This document shows positions 10,329-18,708 of a stretch of 64,000 bases of DNA, piece after piece. Position numbers and translations under genes: made by a program. This DNA is from Candidatus Melainabacteria bacterium (lineage in GTDB: Bacteria > Cyanobacteriota > Vampirovibrionia > Vampirovibrionales > Vampirovibrionaceae), in contig JBFWUP010000004.1 in NCBI GenBank assembly GCA_050247195.1, forward strand, positions 187,522 through 251,521. The letters run 5' to 3'. The notes below the pieces were generated by a model. That model was not told the origin of the DNA. It saw nothing but the letters and a program-made list of their open reading frames with translations, and did not search any database. Within the stretch, counting starts at the first letter, position 1, and each line of letters begins with the position of its first letter.

Positions 10329-10736
10329 ATGACCAAGGACAACCCGAAACCCATCGACCCTGCACCGGAAGCGGGCACCCATTACGAGGGCGCATTTCTA
10401 CCCGGGCGGAATTTCTCCGAGGCGCAGATACCCGGCACGCGGTTTACCGAAGCCCGGCTGGACGAAGCCTGGTTTACGCACGCCGATTTGCAGGGCTGCG
10501 ACTTTACGGCCGCCGTGTTGAAGGGTGCGAATTTTCTGGAGGCCGATTTGCGGCGGGCGACACTCCGCGATGCGCTGCTGATTGGCGCGATGCTGGAGAA
10601 CGCGCTGCTGCAGGATACGGATCTCACCGGCGCACAGTTGGCGGGCGCGTTCTGTTCCGGCGCGCGGTATAACGCCGGCACCCGTTTCCCTGATGAATTC
10701 GACCCCGCCGCTGCGGGGATGGTGAAAGAAGGGTGA
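10329..10736 (+). CDS. Pentapeptide repeat protein
   Basis: A(D/N)LxG-type repeats (ARLDE, ADLQG, ADLRR, TDLTG, AQLAG). AAGGA RBS. Confidence 0.85.
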   Translation: MTKDNPKPIDPAPEAGTHYEGAFLPGRNFSEAQIPGTRFTEARLDEAWFTHADLQGCDFTAAVLKGANFLEADLRRATLRDALLIGAMLENALLQDTDLTGAQLAGAFCSGARYNAGTRFPDEFDPAAAGMVKEG

Positions 10737-10758
10737 GGCTCCGGCCTCACCTTTTTTT
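10732..10758 (+). terminator. Intrinsic terminator
   Basis: GGTGAGGC-TCCG-GCCTCACC followed by T7. Confidence 0.85.
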
Positions 10759-10835
10759 CATCAGCTGACACGTACCGGGTAGGAATTGACGGGACGTTAT
10801 GGTATACCGGGCAGACATGACCCGGAGGACAGACC

Positions 10836-11321
10836 ATGCCATTGTCGAAAATAACGCCCTGCCTTTTTTTTGATGGCCAGGCGGAGGAAGCGGTTCGCTT
10901 TTACACGAGCATCTTTGAGAATTCCCGGGTGTTAAACATTACCCACTATGGGGAAGACAGTCCCGGCGAGGCCGGCAGCGTGATGACCATTCACTTTGAA
11001 TTGGACGGACAGTTGTTTATGGCCCTGAACGGCGGCCCAATGTTTCAGTTTTCGGAAGCGATCTCGCTGATGGTGGACTGTGAGACGCAGGCCGAGGCGG
11101 ATGCGTTGTGGACAAAGCTTACTGAAGGCGGGGAGGAAAACGAATGCGGCTGGTTGACCGATCGATTCGGTGTGTCGTGGCAGATCGTGCCGCGTGTTGT
11201 GAGTGAGGCCTTGCTGAGTCCTGATCCGGCGCTTACTGACCGTGTGGTGAAAGCTGTGTGGACGATGAGCAAACCGGATGTGTCGGCTATCAAGCAAGCC
11301 GCTGCCGGGGTGGTGAAGTAG
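10836..11321 (+). CDS. VOC/PhnB-family (3-demethylubiquinone-9 3-methyltransferase domain) protein
   Basis: KITPCLFFDGQAEEAVRFYTSIF, ALNGGP.F.FSEAISL, CGWLTDRFGVSWQIVP. Confidence 0.9.
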   Translation: MPLSKITPCLFFDGQAEEAVRFYTSIFENSRVLNITHYGEDSPGEAGSVMTIHFELDGQLFMALNGGPMFQFSEAISLMVDCETQAEADALWTKLTEGGEENECGWLTDRFGVSWQIVPRVVSEALLSPDPALTDRVVKAVWTMSKPDVSAIKQAAAGVVK

Positions 11322-11359
11322 GGCAAGGATGATCCAGCAATTTCGTTCAACAGAAAATA

Positions 11360-12169
11360 TCAAGCTATACATGCGGAGCAGAAAGCACGACCATACTCTG
11401 TCAAACAAAACATAGATTTTTCAAACCTAACACGCATTGACTTAGGAACTGAATTAACAATTTTCTGTACAAATGGATCCTGTTCTAAAGCCTGGTAGCA
11501 TTCATCAGTTGATAAGTGAGATCCATGTGGTATTTCGATTAATTCAAGTCTTCTTAAATTCAAGATACTGACTGAACTTTCCTTCGTAGAGATATTACAA
11601 CCTGCTTTAGAAAAGACATCCGTAAAATATTGAAATAGATACACGTAATTGGCTGGCGCATCCACAGGACTTGCTTTTATGTTGATTAACGGGTAACAAT
11701 CCGAATCCACTGCCTGCGGATTGATATCGTTTGTAATAAATTCTAGTAACTTTGCTTCTACAAAGTTCATTTGCTTAATTGTCTCAACAAATGCAGGATG
11801 TGCCTTTATGGCTTGCCCTCTCACCATACTGGTTGCAAGCAAACGTGCGTACATATTACGTAGTTCAAATTCATCTTCCACAAAACGTAATGCTTCAATT
11901 GTTGGTCCAGCTACAGACATTTTTGGAGTAATAATTTCTTCAGACTTCACATTCCTCCTACGAAATTCATTTTCCAATGAATCTTCAAGCCAATTTGCAA
12001 TTTTGTCATAACTCCAGATAAAAGCATGTAATGGTCCCAACGCACATCTAACTGTTTCCCCAAGTGTATTACCGACTTGCTTGACTGTAGGTTGAAGTAA
12101 ATCCTGATAGACAGGTACTGCCTCAGCAATTCCTTTCACTACTTCAGCGGTATCTTTAATTTGACTCAT
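11360..12169 (-). CDS. DUF4393 / Abi-alpha-like protein (candidate abortive-infection factor)
   Basis: VPVYQDLLQPTVKQVG, P...VAGPTIEAL, ELRNMYARLLATSM, HPAFVETIKQM, NLRRLELI, LTEYGRAFCSACI. Visibly AT-rich relative to the host. Confidence 0.7.
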   Translation of the reverse strand: MSQIKDTAEVVKGIAEAVPVYQDLLQPTVKQVGNTLGETVRCALGPLHAFIWSYDKIANWLEDSLENEFRRRNVKSEEIITPKMSVAGPTIEALRFVEDEFELRNMYARLLATSMVRGQAIKAHPAFVETIKQMNFVEAKLLEFITNDINPQAVDSDCYPLINIKASPVDAPANYVYLFQYFTDVFSKAGCNISTKESSVSILNLRRLELIEIPHGSHLSTDECYQALEQDPFVQKIVNSVPKSMRVRFEKSMFCLTEYGRAFCSACIA

Positions 12170-12190
12170 CTGTCTTCCCACCCTCAAAAA

Positions 12191-12260
<70 letters not shown>

Positions 12261-12315
12261 CAGCCTCATCAGGACTGGCTTTCACGGGTTCACTCCTTCA
12301 CGGTTTTTTTAATAA

Positions 12316-12336
12316 TGTCCAAGTTGTGTCCAACTT
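12316..12336. repeat. Putative integrase arm-type sites, left end
   Basis: TGTCCAAGTT (12316) and TGTCCAACTT (12327). The same motif occurs four times at 19760-19821. Confidence 0.65.
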
Positions 12337-12417
12337 CGGCATTTTCTGACCTTGCTTTGCACGTACAAAGCTTAACACATTAGTGTGTTTCACGGCCTCA
12401 TCTGTTACGATGGCGCA

Positions 12418-12618
12418 ATGCAAACTCTGGAAATCTACACCTTGAAGGGACTCGCCGAGAAAGAAGGGGCCAGTTACGATCATATGAGGCATCTGGCCCT
12501 CCGTGCCTCCCGTGGCGAGGGCAACATATGGCGGGGTTACAAGCTGGTCAAACCCGGCAACCGCACATGGCTGGCCTACCCGGAACACCAGAACGTGACT
12601 TTTTACGACGGCGACTGA
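12418..12618 (+). CDS. Small putative DNA-binding protein (excisionase/regulator-like)
   Basis: 66 aa, YTLKGLAEKEGASYDHMRHLA is HTH-like. First gene inside the att end, preceded by palindrome AACACA-TTAG-TGTGTT (12374-12389). Confidence 0.5.
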   Translation: MQTLEIYTLKGLAEKEGASYDHMRHLALRASRGEGNIWRGYKLVKPGNRTWLAYPEHQNVTFYDGD

Positions 12619-12650
12619 TTCACAACCATTGAAGGGCGGATAGAGAATTT

Positions 12651-13310
12651 ATGACCATGCTGGATGATGATGCCAAAGCGGCAATCCGGGAGATTGAACG
12701 GCGGGGGAAAGACCCTGCCCCCGTGGCGCAACAAACCCTCGCCAGACAGGAGCAGCGCAAACAGGCGTGGATGGAATCTGCCCGGCACAGCATTCAGACC
12801 CAAGGGCGTTACCCCTTCAAAATGGCCCTGAAAACGAAAGAGGACGGCTCGAAGAACTGGCAGACCACAGAGGAAGACCCCACGGCCTCCGTGTGCCGTT
12901 TGTTTGAAACCACCGGCTGCACTGACCGGGATGCCGCCCAACTGCTTCTGGCTCACATCACCATGGCCATGCCAAACCCGGAAGATGAGGACCGGGTGAA
13001 CGGGGCGCTGGCCCTGATGGCTGATATTGCCCCACGGGACGGGCTGGAAGGCATGCTGGCGGCACAGGCAGTCACCAGTCACACACTGGCCATGCAGTAC
13101 GCCAAGCGCGCCATGGCCAAGGACTCCAACAGTCTTGAGGCGAATGACCGCTATATCAGCCGCTACACAAAGCTTTTGAACCTTTTCGCCAAGCAGGTGG
13201 ATACCCTTGAAAAGTACCGAAACAAAGGCCAGCAACGGATCACCGTGCAGCATGTTCAGGTCAACCAAGGCGGACAGGCCATCGTGGGGGAGGTTCACCA
13301 TGGTCATTAA
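12651..13310 (+). CDS. Conserved phage-element protein (partner of HGGxSTG proteins)
   Basis: PRDGLEGMLAAQ...LEKYRNKGQQRITVQHVQVNQGGQAIVG C-terminus, a pattern I recognise from integrative elements. Confidence 0.65.
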   Translation: MTMLDDDAKAAIREIERRGKDPAPVAQQTLARQEQRKQAWMESARHSIQTQGRYPFKMALKTKEDGSKNWQTTEEDPTASVCRLFETTGCTDRDAAQLLLAHITMAMPNPEDEDRVNGALALMADIAPRDGLEGMLAAQAVTSHTLAMQYAKRAMAKDSNSLEANDRYISRYTKLLNLFAKQVDTLEKYRNKGQQRITVQHVQVNQGGQAIVGEVHHGH

Positions 13311-13574
13311 AAAACCATCCCGGAAAGGTGCGCAACCTCCTTTGACTGAAATCAGACATTCAATCCCCGGTGTTGGTGAGCCTGTAACAAGGCCTGATCA
13401 GACCACCACGGAGCGCAGGAGCCAGGATGGTTTTAAGCTGCTCTGGGATAGGAGCGTTACCCTACCCACCGAGTTAACGGCGGCTCTTAAAGGACGCACG
13501 AGCCAGAGCAGTACATGCAGGTTAGCAGATCGCTTCGCCTCTTTTCAACCCTACAGGATGGGGAGGGGGGCGGG

Positions 13575-13868
13575 ATGAACCCAAAACCCGGCAATGAACC
13601 CCTGAGCCTTTTCCGGTCGCCCAAATGCCATGCCCGCACCCACAAGGGCGCAGCCTGCCCGAACTTTGCACGACAAAACGGACGCTGCCGCCGCCATGGC
13701 GGGTTAAGTACCGGCCCACGATCCCCTGAGGGGCTTCAGCGCTCCCGGATGGCCCGATGGATTCACGGGGACAGATGTGCTGCTTCACGGGCCAATGATC
13801 GGGCAATGCGGGCATTTTTCAAAGAGGCGAAAGCGGTTCTTCTGGAAGCGCGGGAGGCCACCGGGTAA
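13575..13868 (+). CDS. HGGxSTG-domain protein
   Basis: CHARTHKGAAC...NGRCRRHGGLSTGPRSPEG...RWIHG. Confidence 0.85.
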   Translation: MNPKPGNEPLSLFRSPKCHARTHKGAACPNFARQNGRCRRHGGLSTGPRSPEGLQRSRMARWIHGDRCAASRANDRAMRAFFKEAKAVLLEAREATG

Positions 13869-13898
13869 CAACACAGAAAGCCACAAGGACGGCTAAAC

Positions 13899-14480
13899 AT
13901 GACAGCCAATATGGCAGGTGAAAAGGCAGGAAGCCAAGACGAAAATATCAAGGCTCAACTTGAGAGTTTTGAACGAACTTTGAAAATCAAAGCAAAACTC
14001 CCGGATGTTTCCTTACAAAACCGTGTCCGCCTGCTGCTTCATCATATAGAGGCCCCACCCACAATTTTTGATGACAGCCAAGAACTTCAATGGTTATTTC
14101 TGTGTCAAAAAATGGAGAGAGATTTTCCATCACAAAGCCCTAATAAACCAAACATCGATGAACCGCTTCCCATGGTCAGAATAGAGGACCACGCTTATTT
14201 TGGTCAGGTTGTTAAGGTCAATGGTACGGTTTTATTTCAAAGAGAGTCAGCAAAAAAATCATTTTTTATTCGGCTGTGTAAGCAGTTACACGTTCCTAAC
14301 ACCAATCGGAGGATTCCCATTCAGCGGTCTATGAAGAGAGTAATAGAACATGTCAAAAATATTAACAGGGATTTTCGAGAAAAAATTCCAGAAGCTTCAG
14401 ACCCACTGATTCGACGAGAAGGCTCTACCTTGATCGCCTGTTTTGATTTAAATCCCGAGAATCACTCTCTTCAATCTTGA
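13899..14480 (+). CDS. Hypothetical protein, AT-rich, possible C-terminal winged helix
   Basis: 193 aa ORF with AAGGA RBS. KRVIEHVKNINRDFREK..DPLIRREG resembles an OmpR-type wHTH tail (weak). Confidence 0.5.
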   Translation: MTANMAGEKAGSQDENIKAQLESFERTLKIKAKLPDVSLQNRVRLLLHHIEAPPTIFDDSQELQWLFLCQKMERDFPSQSPNKPNIDEPLPMVRIEDHAYFGQVVKVNGTVLFQRESAKKSFFIRLCKQLHVPNTNRRIPIQRSMKRVIEHVKNINRDFREKIPEASDPLIRREGSTLIACFDLNPENHSLQS

Positions 14481-14568
14481 TTCGGCAGAGTATCTCTATG
14501 AGAGGTTCTCAGCTTGTAGTGAAAAGGTGTTAAAACTCCTATTTCAACGGCAAACCTTTAGCATTAAA

Positions 14569-14659
14569 CCTGTCACCCGGAAGTGACGGGCACTGGCAAG
14601 CTCAAAGCCGATATCGACTTTGCTTCCCCGTCAGCCTTCCAGTTGGCGGGTTATTTTTT
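14569..14659 (+). promoter_or_regulatory. Attenuator-like leader with terminator ahead of the replication operon
   Basis: CCCGTCAGC/GTTGGCGGG stem plus TTATTTTTT. Upstream TGACGGG can pair with CCCGTCA, and CCTGTCAC can pair with GTGACGGG. Confidence 0.5.
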
Positions 14660-14676
14660 GAAGACGAGTCGAACCG

Positions 14677-15252
14677 ATGGACTTTCACACCGCATTCAAC
14701 GACATCAGCACCATTCCCGGCAAAACGCCGGAGGCGATCTTCCCCGTTCACGCGGTCGATGTCGTCAGGGCACTTGCCCCCCGGCGCAACAAAAAGTGGG
14801 GCTCAACAGCCCGCTGGAACGAGGTTGCCGACGAAACCGGACTTTATGGTGAATTGGCCGTTCAACGGTACTGTGGCCTCAGCGCTGAAGAAGCCTCGGT
14901 GGCCTTTGAAGCAGGCTTGGCCGGTGATGGCGGAATTGACCTCGAAATCAGCGGGATCTACTACGACGTGAAAAGCACGAGGGGAAAAGCTCTCAAGTTT
15001 AAATTTTCCAAGTGGAACGCCCACCGGCATCAGGCCGACGCTGTGATTTTCGCCTACCTGCAGGAGATCGGCCCGGAAGTTTCCGTCCGGCTGCTTGGCT
15101 GGGGGTACCGTGAGGCAATCAGGCCGCACCTGAAAGACGATGGCCGCTGCTTGGTTGCACGATTTTCAAGACTTCACCGCGCCGGGGTAATCCGGCCAGT
15201 TACAACCCTAAAGCCTGAAGAAACGGAGGTGATCCAAAACCATGGCCAGTAA
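14677..15252 (+). CDS. Putative PD-(D/E)XK restriction-fold nuclease
   Basis: GLYGELAV...GDGGIDL......DVKST motif arrangement (E...D...DxK). Confidence 0.6.
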   Translation: MDFHTAFNDISTIPGKTPEAIFPVHAVDVVRALAPRRNKKWGSTARWNEVADETGLYGELAVQRYCGLSAEEASVAFEAGLAGDGGIDLEISGIYYDVKSTRGKALKFKFSKWNAHRHQADAVIFAYLQEIGPEVSVRLLGWGYREAIRPHLKDDGRCLVARFSRLHRAGVIRPVTTLKPEETEVIQNHGQ

Positions 15253-15415
15253 GTTCGACCGCGCACACGCAGAGCTTCGGGTTTTCATCCCGGTTGACTC
15301 CCCGTTGTGGGATGAAGTCCGGGAATCAAAAGCCTTCCAAGTCCTGCTGCAAAGCGGCATTGTCACTGTTAATAACGCACGAAAGGCCCAGACAAATGGG
15401 AAAGCAAAAAAGTAG
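15242..15415 (+). CDS. Small hypothetical protein (57 aa)
   Basis: Not in the ORF track. MASKFDRAHAELRVFIPVDSPLWDEV..., GGAGGTG upstream, overlaps the end of the previous gene. Confidence 0.45.
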   Translation: MASKFDRAHAELRVFIPVDSPLWDEVRESKAFQVLLQSGIVTVNNARKAQTNGKAKK

Positions 15416-15537
15416 GAGCCGCTGGCTGCAACCGACGACTCCTCTGGTGAAAAATTCCAAACACAGTGTAACACACCTTGGAGGGTGGGCCGAAAGCCCC
15501 CCTCCGCCCTACTGGGCTTTCATGGAGGGATACCGCC

Positions 15538-16527
15538 ATGGCCCGCAGTAGGAATATCAAACCCGCATTTTTCAAAAACGACACGCTGGCCGGAAAGTCT
15601 CCCCATGCCCGCCTGCTCTTTATCGGTCTGTGGACCCTGGCCGACTGCGAAGGTCGGCTGGTGGATCGCCCCACCCGGATCAAAGGAGAGCTTTTCCCTT
15701 ATGAGTCGGTGGACGTGCATTGCCTGCTGGATGAACTCACCGGACAACCGGAACCCTTCATTGCCCGGTACACGGTGGAGGGGGAAGCCTACATTCAGGT
15801 GTTGAACTTCTCCCGGCACCAAAGCCCATGCTATAAGGAAAAGCAGGCAGGGAGCCAGCTTCCGCCATGGGACGGTACCGGAACCGATCCGGGACTGATC
15901 CGGGACCAACCCGGACACAACCCGGAACCGATCGGGGACGTTACCAGCACGGCTGATATCCTGATTACTGATATCCCTTCTACTGATGTCCCTTATGGTG
16001 ACGATTCTAAGGAATCGCCCGCTCAGGTAGAAAGGGAAAAACGGGGAAAAACCGGGAAGTTTTCTGAGGACGGCAAACAGCTTACCCGTGAACTGAAAGA
16101 CCTCCTCACCCGGAACGGACAAACCACCTTTGCGCGGGACTGGTTACTCACCGGCTATGCTTCGGCAGATTCTGTCCTCAGACAGGGAAAGAAACCCGAT
16201 ACCATCCGGCAGGTGATGACGTGGGCCGTGGAGCAATGGGCTTGCCGCGCCAGTGTGACGCATTTTAAACATGTGGCCAACGCCTTCCCGCACTGGGAAC
16301 GCTCACGGGCCAGCACGCCAGCGCAGCCTAAAGCACCGGATACCAGCCAGCGGGATCGCCTGCTGGGGTTTCCCTATGTGCGCCACAAACTGACCGGGGA
16401 AGTCTTCCCCATCCATGCCCTCACAACGGATACCAGCCGACCGGGCGAGGTGTTTCAGGGATCAAGCGGCTACGCCGTGGCGCATCTGGAAGGGTTTGAC
16501 CCGGAGGTGTCTGGCCATGGCGGGTGA
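15538..16527 (+). CDS. Phage-type replication initiator / replisome organiser
   Basis: MARSRNIKPAFF...ARLLFIGLWTLADCEGR...IKGELFPY...NFSRHQ N-terminus, internal iterons, GGAGG RBS, upstream of a DnaB-like gene. Confidence 0.85.
   Translation: MARSRNIKPAFFKNDTLAGKSPHARLLFIGLWTLADCEGRLVDRPTRIKGELFPYESVDVHCLLDELTGQPEPFIARYTVEGEAYIQVLNFSRHQSPCYKEKQAGSQLPPWDGTGTDPGLIRDQPGHNPEPIGDVTSTADILITDIPSTDVPYGDDSKESPAQVEREKRGKTGKFSEDGKQLTRELKDLLTRNGQTTFARDWLLTGYASADSVLRQGKKPDTIRQVMTWAVEQWACRASVTHFKHVANAFPHWERSRASTPAQPKAPDTSQRDRLLGFPYVRHKLTGEVFPIHALTTDTSRPGEVFQGSSGYAVAHLEGFDPEVSGHGG
15878..15997. repeat. Iteron array (probable origin) inside the initiator gene
   Basis: Six imperfect 11-bp units (CCGGAACCGAT-like, 15878-15943), then three 15-bp units starting CTGAT(A/G)TCC (15953-15997). 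Confidence 0.7.
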
Positions 16528-17884
16528 TGCTTACCAACACGCCTACGATGTCCCGGAGGCTTTCCCGGATGACGGACTGGACACGTGGGGCGAACTCGCC
16601 CCGGAGGACCGGCAATCCGAGCTGGCCGTGATCTGTGGCATGCTTCAGAACCCGGCTTTGATACCGGAGGCGCTCTCCACCCTCAAAGCGGAATACTTCG
16701 GACAGGCGGCCACACAGGCCGTTTTCCGGGCGATTCTGGAATGTGTCCGCAATGACGTGCCGGTCTGCCCGGTCAGCCTCTATGATGTGATGATCCACAC
16801 CCAAAGCCGGGACATGCCGCACGGCGCGGGCGTGGGTTTTCTGAACGATCTGTTTACCAAGTCCCCGGATGCCGTGGTGACCAAGAGCAATTTTGCCTAC
16901 TGGCTTGATAAAGTCCGGACCACCGCCATACGGCGGGCGCTCTGGGAAGAGGGACACCACCTCATTGAGTCGGCTTTTGATCCGGGCAACAAAACCCTGC
17001 TGGAGGATACCCAAGCCCGCCTGATGACGATTGCTGAAGCCCACGCCGCGCCCGAAGCCAATGGAGGCACGTCAGGAATGATTCAGGAGGCGTTGGCGGA
17101 TATCGGTGAAGCCCTGAACAACCCAACCGGGATCACCGGCATTGCTTCTGGCTTCCGGTCACTGGATACCAAAACGCGGGGCTTTCAGCCGGGGGCGTTG
17201 AACATTCTGGCTGCCCGCAGCGGCACCGGTAAAACCGCCTTGGCCGTCAATATCGCCTGCCACGTAGTCCACGGGCTGGAAAAACCCGTTCTGTTCTTCA
17301 GTCTGGAGATGACCGGTAAAGAACTCATGGCGCGGGTCATCCGGCAGGTGGCGGGTTCCTCCACAGACCTGCAACGCATGCAGGACGCCACCGGGATCAT
17401 TGAAGCCCACCGGCACCTGTGGATTGTGGAGGACGATCCGGGCATGACCATCAGCGCGATACAGGCCCGCACCCAACGCGAACTCCACCGGCATGGGGAA
17501 CTGGGTTTGATTGTTGTCGATTATCTGGGCAAAGTGAAACCGGAAGGCGAGGCCAGCCGCTTCAATAACCGGGCTTACGAACTGGAAGCAGTCACGTGGG
17601 GACTGAAAAGCATGGCCAAGCGGCTCAAGCTGCCCGTGCTGGCGCTGTGCCAACTCAACCGGGCAATTGAGGGGCGGCAGAGTAAAAAGCCCATGCTTTC
17701 CGACCTGCGGGACTCCGGGGCGATTGAGCAGGACGCCGACGTGGTCCTGTTCCTGTCCCCTCAGGAGGGGCAGACCGCCATGGTGGACTTGACCATCGCC
17801 AAGCACCGAAACGGCCCACTGGGAGAAATCCCGCTGGCTTTCCTTGGCCACCTCACGCAGTTTCGGGAGGTGCCGGGTCAATAG
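16517..17884 (+). CDS. DnaB-like replicative helicase (element-encoded)
   Basis: LAARSGTGKT, FFSLEM, VVDYL, CQLNR, SDLRDSGAIEQDAD, AKHRNGPLG. Confidence 0.93.
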   Translation: MAGDAYQHAYDVPEAFPDDGLDTWGELAPEDRQSELAVICGMLQNPALIPEALSTLKAEYFGQAATQAVFRAILECVRNDVPVCPVSLYDVMIHTQSRDMPHGAGVGFLNDLFTKSPDAVVTKSNFAYWLDKVRTTAIRRALWEEGHHLIESAFDPGNKTLLEDTQARLMTIAEAHAAPEANGGTSGMIQEALADIGEALNNPTGITGIASGFRSLDTKTRGFQPGALNILAARSGTGKTALAVNIACHVVHGLEKPVLFFSLEMTGKELMARVIRQVAGSSTDLQRMQDATGIIEAHRHLWIVEDDPGMTISAIQARTQRELHRHGELGLIVVDYLGKVKPEGEASRFNNRAYELEAVTWGLKSMAKRLKLPVLALCQLNRAIEGRQSKKPMLSDLRDSGAIEQDADVVLFLSPQEGQTAMVDLTIAKHRNGPLGEIPLAFLGHLTQFREVPGQ

Positions 17885-17968
17885 TCTGGATATCAGGCAA
17901 TTAAGAAAATTTAGGGCCTTTAAATTGTTTATCTTCGACATATTTCTTTCAATTAAGGGCCATTTTCA

Positions 17969-18634
17969 ATGAATACCACCAGCAATACCAATCTTCTCTT
18001 TTCAGGAACCCATCGTATCCGTGTAGCCTTGGGCAATAACAGAAGCCAGCACACACAAGCGGACAACCCTAGCGGCATCATTGAGCAAGCAGGTTCTTTA
18101 CTTCCCTTTGTAGAAGCGGCAATACCTTTCGTGGGGGATGGTGATGGCCAGGTAAAAGCTTTTCAACGCACGACGGTCAGCCAAGTGCGAGAGGGTGAGC
18201 TGCCGACACCAGACTTATCTCCATTCAGATTCTTGGTTATAGATCCAGAAACTCACAGACAACTCAACCACGATATTGCTGATAACTTGACAACCCAAGG
18301 GGGAACTATCGTTGATATTAATGTGCCGGATAGTCAAGGATTCATGGGGTTTAGTCCAAACGCTCTAAGTGCTGGGTTAAAAGGGCTTCTTGAGCGTGCC
18401 GACACTTCAGAACCACTCGCAGTCGTTCGGACAGGCTTTGAAAGCGAGCCCGGACAACGTGGCCGTTTAAGGTTTTCCGTATTTCAGAGGGTAAATACCG
18501 GAAACAAACCAAATGACCGACCTGCTTATGAATGGAAGTTGCTTGGTCGAAAAGCAGGTTTAGTAGGCCCGAAGCGGCACTCTGAGGCAATTGCGCTCCC
18601 TGTTTCATCTGAAGCATTAAAAGACATGAAATAA
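17969..18634 (+). CDS. Hypothetical cargo protein, AT-rich
   Basis: 221 aa ORF between the helicase and the integrase, with its own AT-rich upstream region. No family recognised. Confidence 0.6.
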   Translation: MNTTSNTNLLFSGTHRIRVALGNNRSQHTQADNPSGIIEQAGSLLPFVEAAIPFVGDGDGQVKAFQRTTVSQVREGELPTPDLSPFRFLVIDPETHRQLNHDIADNLTTQGGTIVDINVPDSQGFMGFSPNALSAGLKGLLERADTSEPLAVVRTGFESEPGQRGRLRFSVFQRVNTGNKPNDRPAYEWKLLGRKAGLVGPKRHSEAIALPVSSEALKDMK

Positions 18635-18708
18635 CCACCCCGCCATGGCCCAAAAGCCAAGGCAGAACAGCCCTATCACCAGATAGACCAACAGCTTATC
18701 CCAGCGCA

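Noticed and set aside
13207-13578. ORF between the two element genes (possible start 13300)
   Set aside because: It fills the gap and overlaps both neighbours, but has no motif support. Left uncalled.
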